From Lytechinus pictus (taxonomy: Eukaryota): a DNA stretch of 64,000 bases. The position numbers were made by a program, and so were the translations under genes. The notes below the pieces were generated by a model that saw only the letters and a program-made list of their open reading frames with translations, searched no databases and was not told where the DNA came from. The stretch lies in contig NC_087251.1 in assembly GCF_037042905.1 (NCBI RefSeq), positions 9,178,001-9,242,000 of the forward strand. Reading direction: 5' to 3'. Positions 50,013 to 63,845 of the stretch are shown in pieces. Each line of letters begins with the position of its first letter. Position 1 is the first letter of the stretch.

Positions 50013-52197
50013 TCAACAACAGGTTTCAGATTGTATTCTCAACACAGCATTGATAATGACATTATACAATGTCAGTTTCATCAGGACAACATCTTAGTAC
50101 TGGAACTCTTCATGAGATGTAGAAGAAACAGAACATTGGTGGAAAGTTACCATTTCTTTGTGTTTTGTTTTTTATCCTTCAGAAGATCATAGATAATCAA
50201 AGCTGCATAATCCCAAGCTTAAAAATGTATTTGATTTGGTAATTGTTATAAGTGTCACTGTTTTCTAATTGTTCATTGATGCATTTCAGATGAATTATTG
50301 CATTCTTATTGAAGGTGGATCTTTTTTAACTTTATCATTCATGTTTTGAAATTAGGAGCTGATTGTGAAGTAGTTTTTTTTTTTTTTTGTTCTTGTAATA
50401 TCTATATCATTGAACTGCATTTCTGAATTGGGTTTAAATCAATGAATCCTATGTATTTTTACATATGTGTATCATTCTCATAAACCTCCTAAAATTGAAT
50501 TCATGTAAGATTCTTGATGTTTCAGTTTTAAAAATCTTTTCATAAACTCAAACCTTGACATATTTGTATTCATTCTTTTTAAATGAAACAAAAAAGTTAA
50601 CGAGAGATGTTGGTCCAAATACTGTAAGGAAAATGTGTCATGGGCAGGGAACCTACAAGAGAAGGACAGTGCAAACTATGAAGTGATATAAATTAAGACC
50701 AACCTACAAGACAAGCAGTCCTTACAAACAGGTGATGTTGGTGGGCAACTTCCACTAATACGTGTTGATAAGAATTGTGACTTTTTTTTCAATAGGAACT
50801 CAATTTTTGGTCTTTATAGACAGGTGGTCTTCCATACAGATGGACACTCTTTTTGGCCCAATGTCATCTTTATTGATTGAATCAAGATAAACACAGCAAT
50901 TACTTTCTATGCAAGGCTATCTCTCACAGGTACAGTGCTATTATCAAAGCATCAATCAACCAAGTCCCATTTCAAGGCAGGAGATTCAATTGTCGCTAAG
51001 CAAGGTGAAAAACTAGACCATCATAATAAACAATACTGAGGTTATCTTGATCATTGTGAAATGATCATGAACCTTGAGAATAGTAATGCTTATCTAATAT
51101 CAAGTCCAACTTCTGAATATCTTCAGGTACTTACTGTTCGACTAATCTGGCTCCTAAATTGATTTTTTTTTTTTTTCTTGGGATCATATAACTTATAAGA
51201 TCCCAAGATAGCAAAATTTAGATATACAGTAAGCTATTCAAAGTTCACATATGTCATAAAGATTTGAATTTTTTAGGGGTTGTTTGTTATATTGAACTAA
51301 CTGAAGGAATATTTTAGAAATCGCTCTGTGATTTTGATGATCCTGTAGTTGAATCACTTGTTGGCATTTTAATTTAGAATGATTTAGGTTAACGGATGCA
51401 TTTCCTTTTTTTTTTTAATCTTTGGAGCTTTATTACATTACTTTATTTTCTGCTGGAAAAATGTTGTTTTGAAAATTTGGTGTGTTTATTAATGTCTCTT
51501 ATTATGATGAAAGCCCTGTAAAAATACCCTCTAAATGTAAATATGCACACTATCTGGCAAATAGCCTTCTAAAAAGCATAGAACAGTACAAAATGGCATT
51601 TTTACCAAACTAATAGTAATTATTGGTTTAGCTTGGCATTTCAGCATTTTAATTGTCCACTTGTAAGTTTTTGCAGATGTATTGGTCAAATATGATTATT
51701 AAAGTCAGCCAACCTTCAATATGACCATTTAAAAAATGTGACCCAGAACATGGCATGATTTATTGATATCTGAATCAATTTGAATTTTCCACTTAGACTG
51801 CAGGCACATGCCACATTGTCCAGTTAAAGATTCTTAACGGCTATCTCAAGAGTAAATGTGCGATTATTATCCATGCCCATCATGCACTAAAATATGGAAG
51901 TTCATAGAGTTTGAATATCGTGAATTCTGCAAATACAAAAACAAATATTTAAAAAAATGTACACTTTTCATTTAGATTGTCACATTTTGCAAATACTATT
52001 GGTCAATAAATGTACATGCTCATTGTTCATGAATTCTTGTACTTACCCTTTCATTTCAGTTATAAAATCATTGTAAATATTCTTGTCATTTGTAAATCAT
52101 TGTTTTACATTTGAAGTACATCACTTTGCTCAGCAGCCTTTGGTAGTTAGCACTTGATGTTGATCGTTATTGTTTGCTCACTTTGTGATCATGAAAA

Positions 52198-52207
52198 AAT
52201 AAATAAA
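52198..52207 (+). promoter_or_regulatory. Candidate polyadenylation signal ending a ~2.2-kb 3' UTR
   Basis: Overlapping AATAAA hexamers followed by a T-rich tract. The UTR region is largely free of recognisable TEs. Other AATAAA at ~51025 and ~52005. Confidence 0.4.
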
Positions 52208-52299
52208 TTTTGTAAAGAACATCACTGACATGCATTTCTCTTTTATTTATATTCATGTATGCATTATTGTAACCAAAATCTGTCTGAAAGGCCCCTTAA

Positions 52300-53062
52300 C
52301 CCTTATTAAACTGGGGGGGGGGGGTCAAATTGACCCCCCCCCCTCGACAAATTTCGTCACTACGCCATCGCGCCAATTTTTTTTACCGCACCGCTCTCTG
52401 ACTTTTTACTTTCAAGTCTTGCGCATCTTTTGAGACCAAATTTGCGACGCCCGGGTACGTGGTTCCGAAATTACGCAACATTTTGTAAGAGCATGTCAGA
52501 CCCGAAATTGCTCAAAAACTTGATTCCGTGTACAAAGTCAATGCAAATTGTGTTTTTCAACCAAAAATCATATATGTATGATTATTTTCACTTTTGTTGG
52601 TTTTAATGGATTTATTTTATGCTATTTATGATCGCAAAAGAGTCCCTGACAAAGTTCATCGGAAAAAACAAAGAAATACAAAGAATTAAAAAAACCAATA
52701 AAATACATAAGAAATTAATCATATTTTTGCAATTTTTTGTAGATATTTGTAAGAAATGTTATGATTGATACTCCCACCAAAAATTAGCCTTCTTCTAGCT
52801 ATATAAATTGAGTTAAAGGCAAAAATATACACAAAAAAGCCCAAATTTAGGGCAAATTTTATACGCTTATTTTCATAATTAATAAAAATATATAAACAAT
52901 TAATATTTTGAATTTTTTTCTATACAGTCTTGTAGTTTACATCCGGCTCTACGTGTGTGCAAATTTTCGCGGCGATCGCGCAATCAGCGGCCGAGATATG
53001 AGGGGGGGGGGGTCCCCCCCCCCCCGTATATACTGGTCCGAAATAGCCCAGTTAAGATAGGG
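52300..53062. mobile_element. piggyBac-like MITE
   Basis: TTAA|CCCT...AGGG|TTAA; homologous to 31963-32724. Confidence 0.85.
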
Positions 53063-53674
53063 TTAAGTGTAGTGCAAAAAGGAAATTTAATTCATTTGAT
53101 AAATCCATCCGAACATAATCTTCAACTTTTCAAACAGTTTAAAATGCAATGCCAGGTTTAGCATGTCCTTTAATTATAAGTGAAAAGTTTGCTTGCTTTT
53201 GGGAACATTCAACTTAATCTGACTGATTTTTAATCACTCCAGGGGAACATTTCATTCTGAGTTGTGATTGGTTCAGAACCATGTGCCTAACTGTTTCTAT
53301 GGCAACTATTGGGTAATTGCAATTTGTCAGTTCTGACAACTTCATGAAATGGTGACAGTACCAAGCATGGACAATGTGTTATTTTCTCTGTACAGCTAAA
53401 AAAAAGTATGTTTGTGTGAAGTAGTGTGTAATTCTTGGCTACATCTACCAGTATTTTATTCTTATCAAGTGTTAAAATAATGTCTCAATGAACTGGTGTC
53501 GGTGCACATACAAATAAAGGTAATACAATCTTAGGAAGCTTAATACTAAAAACCCCACAATATTAGAATATAAATTTAATACCAGAATATGAAAGAGCAA
53601 TTAATCTTTTAATTAATAGCTTACTATGGACTGATGCAATGTATTATTCAATATGATAATCCAAGAGGAATTAA

Positions 53675-55562
53675 AGGGATGGTCCAGGCTGGAAATATTT
53701 ATATCTCAATAAATAGAATAGAATTCACAGAGCAAAATGCTCAAAATTTGATCAAAATCGAATATTCATTAAATGCGCTAATGATGTCATATCCCCACTT
53801 GTTCTTTTGTATTTTATTTATTATATTTTTTTTCTATTTATCCTCAATTGAGGTACTTTATTGTCCATAAAAATATCAAAAGATACAAGTTTTTACATCA
53901 ACAAAATTCATATCGTATCACACAACAATATTTTACAAAAAGTACAACAAATACAGTAAAATATGTTACTTACACCACCAGTCACAATTCCTCGGCCCGC
54001 CGTCACGCGTTGAGAACCAGAGAACAATAGATTCACAGTGGACTGAATCCATTGTTCTCCGGCTCCAACAGGCCAGCCAACAGCGAACCCCAAAAAACCG
54101 TGACTGGTACTGGTAGTGTATTCACTCAAAGTAAAAACGTATCTTTTGCAACTCATTTTCATTAAATCTTTTCTGATTATACTTCAAACTTATGTGAAAT
54201 CTTATTTCTGCTTTCAAATCTTTCAATAGATAGTTTCCATGTAACACATGTTTCTTTTTATCATTACATTCTTTGACATAATTCTTATATACAGTATATT
54301 GGGCATAATTAAGGATGAAATTGACGAGTTTTGTTTTTCGGTTGCCTATATCATATCCTATAATAATCGTTTTTTCAATAATGTCAATAGCAAGGTCAAA
54401 AATATTCCGAATAAGACACGAAACTATTTTCCAAAATATCCTGACTTTTTTGCATGTCAATAAAAAATGACATATAGTTTCCTTGCAATTGCAAGTACGA
54501 CATAAATTATCATTCGAAATTCCCCATTTGCATAAATTGTCTTTACTGGGCAATATTCTGTGAAAAAGTTTAAAATTGAATTGTTTTATTTTATTGTCAT
54601 TAATTTGCTGAAATTTGAATTTAAATACTTCACTCCAATTAAATTCGTTTGATAAGTCTAAACGATCTTGCCAAAAATGTAAACAAACGGGTTCTTCTTT
54701 ATATTTATCCACGAACAAACTATAATAGTGTTTAGCTGACATTTTCTCGACATTTATTGAGTCACCTGTTGCTAACTCAATCACATTTGGTTCTTCTGTT
54801 TGTAGCCGTTGTGGGGTTCTTGTATTACGTAATTTCTCTAACCAGAAGTGTGGGAATGCCTTTTTGAGTTTTGACAATTCGAAAGAAGTAAGCAATTGTC
54901 TGCGTTTAAAATAGTTGCTAATACATGAAAAATCTTTCCAATTCCCATCTTTTATAATCTGTCCCACTTTATAAATCCCCTCTTTGATCCAGTTTTGAAA
55001 AAATAACGTTTCTTTCTCATGTTTTATATTGCTATTATACCAGATAATTTCTTGGTTTATATCGAAAACATTAAACATGTGAATATACTTTATTTCAGAC
55101 CACGATCTAAAAAGGTCAATGTAAAACACAGGTAATTGTTTTCTTTTGCATATTCTTATTATATCATTTTTTGGCAGTTAAATCTTATTTATTATATGAA
55201 ATTAGGTCTATTAAAAAAAAATTCTACCAAGAACTTAAACAATTGGATTGACAACTGATTAAGTGCATTAGTTATTTATTGCCGCAAATTATTTCATCAT
55301 AATGGAGACACATCATTTACACATGTATGAAAAAATGAAACATTTATGATTTCATGTAATAATATTTAAAAAAGGAAAGTGGAGATGTGACATCATCAGC
55401 CCACCTAATGAATGTTCATGATGATGTGCATATAACTTTTCACAAAATATTGATAAACTTTACAATTCAATAACTTCGTTATTTGTTATCTGATTTTGAT
55501 GAAATTTCCAGCATTTTACTCTATTTATTTAGATATAAGTATTTTCAGCCCGGACCATCCCT
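53675..55562. mobile_element. Kolobok-like MITE interrupted by a LINE
   Basis: TTAA|AGGGATGGTCC...GGACCATCCC|TTAA. Confidence 0.7.
53827..55184 (-). mobile_element. 5'-truncated L1/Tx1-type LINE (ORF2 C-terminus with CCHC zinc-binding region)
   Basis: 335-aa ORF 54122-55129 with FNFKLFHRILP...CRTC..ETICHFLLTC...FW. AATAAA near 53860. 13-bp TSD TTATTTATTATAT at 53814-26 and 55185-97. Confidence 0.88.
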
Positions 55563-58500
55563 TAAATACAGGTTTCATTCTTCCATAGTGATCATTTATT
55601 GTGACAAAATAAAACTGCTGAGGTGGTGAATCTTTCAGTTCTGCCTTGGTCAAACTTGTTTTGAAATTTCATTCCTGTTTTGACATATGTGTAGTGAGAG
55701 TTGAGTTTCTCTTCCATATTTTGGTATAATTTCGGTAATTATCTTTGAATATTAGCCCTCTAAATTTGGATTTTAGTTGAGCCGGTTCGTAAGAAATCTA
55801 AATACGCTCTTATTCTTCAAATAAAACGAATTTTGATCTGAAATTTGGCAAATCAGTAGAGTGAATCACGGGCTTTCAGAATATTCCAAAAAAAAAACTA
55901 AAATTTGACTGAAAATTAGTTTTGAGCCGGTTCGTAAAATCACTGACGATTTCAGTATTAGGAAGTGAAATGGGATCAGATTAAGAGAGAGTGGGGGGGG
56001 TGAAGAAAGTGTGTGTGTGTGGGATGTATGGGAAGGCGAATATAATTTAAGAATAATCAACCATGTCAACTGAATTGTTAATAGATAACGGATTTTCTTT
56101 TTCCAAATTCCGACTTTAAATTCAATGCACCACTTAAAGCTCGATAACCAGCCTTTATAGGTTTGTTTCCCTTATAAAGGATGGGGAGTCAATAATGTTA
56201 ATCAATACGTGGTCAAGACAATATTCTTTTCAGCTCGGCGTCTAACTGTATTTTGGTTATAGATTTTATTGAGTTCATGATCAACTTCCCATCAGACAGA
56301 CCCAATCAATGCGGCTATCGCTCCAGTTATATAAGTATATGAATATAGCCGCCTGTAAATTATGAGACAGTTTGATTTTGACTGGAAAAGGGTGAAACTA
56401 CTACAAACAATAACTTTATAATAATGATAATTCTTATTTACCCAGGGTAGTCACTTCAGCTCCTATAAATTGTTTCCCATTTCTTGCATAAACATTACTT
56501 TATTAATACCCTTCTCAATTGTAATAAGTGTAGCGCCTGACAAGAAGGCGGAATGTTATATGACTCAGCCAAAGATCGAACTCGTGACCTCCCATTTCAT
56601 GAAACGAGATCTCTACCATTAGCCACGATGTCCGGTATACTTCCAGACGTGAAAATATTATTTATCATAGATTCATTTTACAATGATCAACTCATTTGTA
56701 CCTGACTGGCAGAGGTGGGGAAAATTATATTTGCTCGAGGTGAAAAATTCATGCACAATTTTAATGGGATATTTGTGTTTTAAATGTGAAAGGAAGAATG
56801 AAAATTTATGAATTGACATGAAACGGGATTATTAAGAAAGGGGATGTTTATAAAAGAAGCTGAAATAAGAATGGTATCCTGCCAGTCTACCATGGGCTGA
56901 ACTTCGAGGAATGGAATGGGATGATGAAAAGCCTATAGAGATGGACCGAAGCCAGCTACCCTAAGTCATTTTGTCAATCATGGTGAAGTTTATTTACTAA
57001 ATCAATGTATAATTGCTTTCTCTTCAAGGGTGTTACCCTGTGCTTATATCTTCTATTAATGATCTAATCAAAGCATGTACCTGGGTTTTATTACGATCGA
57101 TGTTACCACTAAGTCGTAAAACTTGCAGTTTCAAAGACTTCACCTCGATCGGAGGAGAGCGAGGTAAAAATTTCAAACCACATGAAAGAAAAATCACCGC
57201 GACAGAGCCATGTAGATGATGTCTCCTTCCTCGTGTTCGAGAATAAAATTAGTAGGCTCAATTCGGAGTATTCAAATGTAATAGTCTGAAATTAATCATT
57301 AATAGCACCCATTTGTAGTAAATATCTACATGAGGAAAATAATCTTACAAATCGGCCAAAGTTACTTGGTATCACAAAGATTGAATAATCCTATAAGGTG
57401 GAACTAAAAAGTATTAAGATACAAAAGGTGACAAAACCTAACATGAATTCAACAATTTTTGGTAAATAATATGAGAGGATCCCGAAGAGGATGGAGTAAG
57501 TGCTATACACGTTGCTTAAAACACTAACATTGCATTACATTACATTACATTTCATTACATTATATTACAGAGTATACCTATAACAAAGAAAAGAAAATGT
57601 ATGATGACATAGCAACGCACCCGGTGGGTGATTCATATCTGTTAGCATAGAGGTATTCTATACCTCCATGCTGTTAGTAAGTTAAGAGCGACTTGAAGAG
57701 CGACTTGAAGAGCGACTGGTACAGCAAAATGTTCAATGGCGATGGTTAAGAAAGGTTCACCGGTCGTTCTTATAAAGTCGCTCTTAACTTAGTTACGAAC
57801 AACTTTATGAAACAGCCCCAGGCTATTGCATAACGTTTTGAAAAAAAAGCTTTTATTCTTCCTTAGAAGCTTCCCAGTTATGGTGTGTTCTGAAGGTTGT
57901 TCATTGTCATTTGTTCTAAAAAAACGGTTATCTCTTATGGAACATGAATGGTGTATTGTTGCGTAATGCAACAGGAACGGTAACCACACTGAACAACCTG
58001 CGCGAATGCTTACTATCTTATTGAAACACATCGCTTTTTACGTTTCTAAGATTAAAAACCCATTTTCTTTCGTATTCGAATTTAACCAAATTAAAAGTGC
58101 AGGAAAATATACATTTTTCGAATTGGGTGGTTAATTTGGCATGCTTTTGCCTACGATCAGAACAATCATTATTTTCTTATCTGACTTAATCTATCAATGT
58201 TTTCAACAATAAGAATGATCGAATTGACGGACGAAGACTATATCGAATGTGGTGTCATATGATAACTGATTATCGATTTCATGTCAGTAATCCTATTAAG
58301 GGATTACTTTTAATTGGAAAGGATTAGCAAGCAGATCGAACGTTCATGATTCCAGGGATTCCATGGAACTCATTTTCTTGTAAGTAAGCTGGCTCACATT
58401 CAACATTTGCCAATACAATAAAACCGTTATCACCACTACAAAATATGATGCATAGGGGCATAATCATAAATAAATTATTGTAAGTGGAAGTAATTGGGAA

Positions 58501-60029
58501 GGAAGAAGGATCCAATATTATGATGACCAAGTATAATCATGAAAGTAAAATAATTGAATACGATGTGATTTTTGAGATGGTGAAAAGTCTATTGTGACAG
58601 GTAGGAGGAGAGTAAGAGGTCATTGACATTTATTTTATAAAACATGATGATATCTAAGCGGAATAATCGTGTCCCATAAAAGTGTTTAATCAATTATTGT
58701 AAATTAAAATGAGAATCCTCAATTTTTTATTTTTTGTTGCTACTACACTTTAGAAAGATCACCAACACTTTTGAACATAAACTGAGGCCGAGAAAACTAA
58801 ATGATTTGATATTTTTTTAATATCAATTTGAGTAAAAACAATAATAATCTTCCCCAGATATCGTTCACGAGAGTATATCAATAATGTGAAGAAAATCTGG
58901 CAATAAAATTCAAGTTTTACAATTTTGTAGTGACCGTTCTACATGTTCAATCGTGCTAATTGGTACTTAGTGGAAATTTTTTTTTTTTTCTTAGACTTAT
59001 AATATATTTTAGGAAAATGAATTCAAACTTTGGCGATGAATAATCTTTAAATACACCGAAACTAAATTGTATCACAAGTAAAGAGAACAGAGCGGAAAAG
59101 AAAAAAAGGCCTTTGTATCGTCAATAAAAAAACACACACGACGCTGATTGAAAGCATTGAATAAAGACATCGCGTGCCTTTGAAATAAATCCTGAATTGA
59201 AAATGTTTTTTTGCTCGACAAAAATAGTAACATCGCACTTGCTCACAATCAGTAGCATCCCATTTGAAATGGGTTACACAATTACAACACAATCTAGGTC
59301 ATATTTTTAGACACAATACGGGTGAGGACGGTATTTTTACCCCCCCCCCCCCCTCCAACTCAAACTACTTTAGGACCGTATTCGGGTCTCTATACAGTCA
59401 TGTAAAATGTGTAAATACCTTTTTTTCTGAACAAAAATACATATTTTCGGTGCGAAGTTTCTCGAGAGAGAAAAAAAGACTTGAAAATGAGGGGTCTAGT
59501 GAACATTATTGTGGATTGAAGATAATACCTGAAGAGGATAAGATAGCATTTGAGGTACTAATTTATATATCATTATTTCCAATGTTGGCCTGTAGTAGGC
59601 CTATATGGGTTTTATATTTCATGAAATCGTTATTGTTAATGTTTTAACTTCAGTTAACCACCAGCCGATTCGTACTTGGGTTTTATTGGGGTGAGATATC
59701 AACGACAAATTTTAGCCTGGCTATTGGTTGTTATTACCTATCATTAAAAAATCATAATTCATTTAGTGTATCGATTGACTAATTTGTTTGTGTTAACTGT
59801 CTGTCTAAATGGGGGAGTTATTTGCACTAAGTAGCTGGTATATAAATTGAGATAAATTTGGTTATATTTTGATCGACTCTTTCATGATCAGTCATCACAA
59901 AAAGTAGGCCCTAATGCTAAACCAGGATGAAACTTTGAATTGCGGGTATCTGCAATCAGGGAGTTGGGAGGTAAACTCTGCCCCAATCAACTCATCGCCA
60001 GTTCAAATCAGATCTCTGCCATCCATCGA

Positions 60030-60208
60030 GTCTGGGCGTTGTGGCGTGCGCCTGTAATCCAAGTGGGGAAGTTACAAATTGATGCAGTGGATCGAGGTTC
60101 GAGCCCTGGTCACGTCTTTCGGATGGTGACGTTAAAGGTCGGTCCAGACGTAAATAATCATATCTGATTGATACACGTCTGACAAAACTCAAATACACAC
60201 ACACACAA
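60030..60208 (+). mobile_element. SINE-like element with 7SL(SRP)-like head, Deu-like core and (CA)n tail
   Basis: GGGCGTTGTGGCGTGCGCCTGTAATCCAAG resembles the 7SL 5' end. B-box GGTTCGAGCC. TTCGGATGGTGACGTTAAA resembles the Deu domain. Confidence 0.6.
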
Positions 60209-61098
60209 GTCGAGTCGAGTCTTTTATCTTCCTGAACCTGTTTCTCTCCTGAATCGACAATCTTGAACGATTAGATGCTTGAATGGCTTGACTTGACATC
60301 ATACGTATTGTGTGGCTAGAGTGTCTGTCATGACAATGAATAAGATCTCACAATCTTTCAGCCTATTTTTGGATGGACCCACGAATCAAGTGAATTGCAA
60401 TTATTGTCATCATCGGCTGTCATTATTCTTTGTTAAATGAAAAATTATTTGGACATGCATGACTGTCATAATCTATAATGCGCGTTATTGATGTGAGCAT
60501 AAATTTCTCGAGGCAATGAAATTTTGGCATGATAGAGCAGAGACTCATCTCGACCCAACCTCCATTGACTATTACTCAGCAAGGGACACAAAAGTAATGT
60601 AACACTCTAAAGAATATGGGGGATATCATGGATTTTCTCTCTGTGTAGTGTGGTATAGCATGGTATAGGGCGAGTATTAACTCAACTTAAGTGGCTCCAG
60701 CTCGATATATCTCCTAATAAACATTCATTATAGATGGTTAAAGATACATAAATATACATAGGCCGTGTTACAACCGATAATGTCGCAGCAACGCATAATG
60801 TCACACCAACGCATAATGTCGCATATTGCGACATTATGCCAAGAGCGTCCAACGCATAATGTCGTAACTTTTCTAACGCACTCATGTCGCTACGCATAAT
60901 GTCGCTGCAAATTTCTAACGCATAACGTCACACGTCGCAACGCATAATGTCGCAGCGGTATTTTCTTCAAGACTCGAGTTAAGATAAATATAAAATAAAA
61001 TATATCTACAATCAGTATTTTGTGTTCAAGTTCTCTCAGTCATCAGAACGATTTTAAAGTGTGTGTGAGTGTGTGTTGAAATGTGCGATTGTGTGTAT

Positions 61099-61115
61099 TT
61101 AGAGTCGGGAGATAT

Positions 61116-61180
<65 letters not shown>

Positions 61181-61192
61181 CCACAGCATGTG

Positions 61193-61224
<32 letters not shown>
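61099..61224. repeat. (AT)n and (GT)n microsatellites
   Basis: Directly visible dinucleotide runs. Confidence 0.95.
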
Positions 61225-62167
61225 ACGATATATTTTACTTCAACATATTTCAAAACATTTTTTTTTTTATTCAATTGACAAAAAGTGAGTACTCTATAGT
61301 TTCACCCCTCCTGTGCATCGGACGGCCGATTGTACCTAATACATATTTCATTCTCTGTTCCATGCTTCAAGTGGTGGAATAATTGTCTGTAATTCCAATA
61401 TAATTCTTTTTCTCAACTGGGGACTATTATTGATAATGATGTATTATGTGTATTTTAACGTCAATAGGGGGGCGCAATTTTTTTTACCCATATTTTCCCA
61501 GATCGGCAGCTCAAAGGTGATCTTCTTTGAAAGGGTAGTTCTAACAGTCACTTCTTAGCTTTATTCTTTTAACATCAATATGTAGTAATCTCAATACCCC
61601 TATTTAAATATTGCGAGCGAGATGTGCGAGCTATAATTTTTTTTTTTATTTCATGTATTTTGTACAGAAAATGGAATATTCTGAGCAATGTTTTTTATCA
61701 TGTACAAGATGCGTATGTAACTAGATAATTACTGCGAGCTCGAAGCTGGAGTAGAAATGTTTAATATAAGTTCTGGCCTGATTGAAAAGGGACCTTTAAA
61801 CTGCAGTTAACCATGAGGAAGATAAATATTTCAACAATTAAATTTAAAAAATTATATTTAGACCTGAAAAATTGACATTCTAAGCACTTTTTGTACGGTA
61901 ATCATGAACCACCGGAATAGGTATATAACTAAACAATTTGACGGCGAAAAAATAGATTTCTAAGGACAGGACACTCTATTAATGTTTTGTAAATCATGAA
62001 AAGGATGGGTAACTGGGTATCTTCCTCCATTAATGTTAATAATGCGAGCAGAAGTTTTTTGATATCCTGATCTGAAACTGCAAAATTCAAGCACGTTATG
62101 AATATAGAATAAGCTGCGTATCTCAATAAACTTGCGTGCGCGTTTTTTTTTTAGATTTAGACCTAGA

Positions 62168-62425
62168 TTTGAAACAGAGGGTCGTGGGTTCGAATCCCAG
62201 CCATGGCGTAATTTCCTTCGGCAAGAAACTGATCCACAATGTGCTGCACTCAACCCAGGTGAGGTAAATGGGTACCGGTAGGAAGTAATTCCTTAAAAAG
62301 CTGTGTGCGCTATGAACGCCTAGCTTTGCCGGGTAATATAGGAGCGCCTTGAGCACCTAACAAGGTGGACATGTGCGCAATATAAATACCCTATATTATT
62401 ATATATATTATATTATTATCATTAT
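62168..62425 (+). mobile_element. 5'-truncated tRNA-derived SINE with L2-like tail
   Basis: B-box GGTTCGAATCCC, core CACTCAACCCAGGTGAGGTAAATGGGTACC, tail GCGCCTTGAGCACC...ATATAAAT (ATT)n. Confidence 0.8.
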
Positions 62426-63011
62426 TAGATTTTAGGCATTTTAAATACATGTTTTGATCATTTCATTTATGTACTGTTTTCCGTTTCACAATGTTGTATA
62501 TGATATAATAAACATAGCATAAAAATAAAGAATATAACAAAACAAAAAATCATATGAAACATAATTAGGCCTATATATTTGATAAACACAGTTAATAACA
62601 TTAAGCTGCCTTAAATGAGTTTTTTTTAGAGTAAAACGGAGGGAGCTTGCCGAAAAAAAACAAAGCTTGAATGAGAGTCCAGCACCTAAGCTTAGTTTCA
62701 TTACCTTATTTCACACACATGCATAAATATAACTTCGTAACAATAATGATAATAGGAATAGTAATAATTATCGATGTACACTTTGCAAAACAATCATAAC
62801 TGAAAATATAAAGCGAGAGGGAAGCGCGAGCTAAAAATACTTGATATTCCAGTCAGAAAAGGGGTAAATTTAAGCACTTTTTCAAGCACTATGTATGAAA
62901 ATTGTGAAGTAGATGTGGATGCGAGCGCGAAGCGCGAGCGAAAATTCTAGCCAATATAGTACATGGTACATGGTGATTTTTTACCCGATTGCTAAGAAAG
63001 CATGAATGCTT

Positions 63012-63166
63012 GTAAGCAAGCAACAAGAGGAACCACTGCTTAAGGTCCTCTCCGAGGGACCTGGTAGGTGTAATGACTATTTAAATGCCTTACCAAAGGG
63101 CACTAACGCACCCCGGGTCACCGGAATCAGAAACCCCCGCTCTACTGACTGAGCTATCGCGCCTCC
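63012..63166 (-). mobile_element. tRNA-derived SINE (internally deleted)
   Basis: The minus strand begins GGAGGCGCGATAGCTCAGTCAGTAGAGCG (A-box) and ends with a (TTGC)n tail. Confidence 0.6.
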
Positions 63167-63519
63167 TTGTGACATGAAACATTTACAAAAAATATTTTTC
63201 AAGTCTTATTTCATTCACTCGTCTGTCTCCTCTTATTCTTCCTCTTAATTCTTTTTTCCTCCTCTCTTTCCCCTTCTTTTCCTTTTTCTTTCTTTCTCCC
63301 CCTTTTTTCATGCGCCAGTAAGGAGAGGGGGACGGGCCTTTCCCTGGATCCGCCTATGCCCTGTCGGCGGATGGAAGAGGGTTTTTTTCACGCGAGCTGA
63401 TATGAACCACAAATCAGGAGTAGTATACTACAACAAGTCGGTAATGATACATAGAGTCACTGTCGGGGCCTCGTGCCAGTAGACCATTATGGTTATAAGA
63501 TGAAATGAATATGCCTATA

Positions 63520-63845
63520 TTGGACGAAATGATGACTGGACGAGATGATGATTGGACCTATTGGTGATTGGACAAAATAATGGCAATGATATATACCAAC
63601 ATAATGATTATTAGCCGAAATGGGTTTAGACAAAGTGTAGTGGACCAACTGCAGTTAGACCAAATGGAACATGGACGAAATGAAAGTAGACCAATTGGCT
63701 ATTAGACCAAAAGGTAATAGACGTAATGAAATTGGACAAAATGGTTATTGGACTATGTTGATAGTTGACTAACTAATGGTAGACGAAATGATATTAGGCC
63801 ATGTGATAGTGGGCAAAATGGCAGTAGACGAAATGGCAATAAACT
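63520..63845. repeat. Degenerate ~15-bp minisatellite (TRGACSAAATG..)
   Basis: Recurrent TTGGACGAAATG / TAGACCAAATG units. Confidence 0.7.

Noticed and set aside
54122..55129. Host gene (longest ORF in the window, 335 aa)
   Set aside because: It is a LINE ORF2 C-terminus, 5'-truncated, TSD-flanked and inserted within a MITE.
55600..59900. Downstream protein-coding gene
   Set aside because: No coherent exon chain or recognisable protein; only AT-rich sequence with small MITE and SINE remnants.
60030..60120. Functional SRP (7SL) RNA gene
   Set aside because: Only the 5' Alu-like part is similar. There is no S domain or oligo-T terminator, and the sequence continues into a SINE-like core and a CA tail.
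62168..62210. tRNA gene (also tRNA-like bits at ~26415-26490, ~56570-56630 and 63120-63166)
   Set aside because: No complete cloverleaf; each is the head of a SINE or a decayed remnant.
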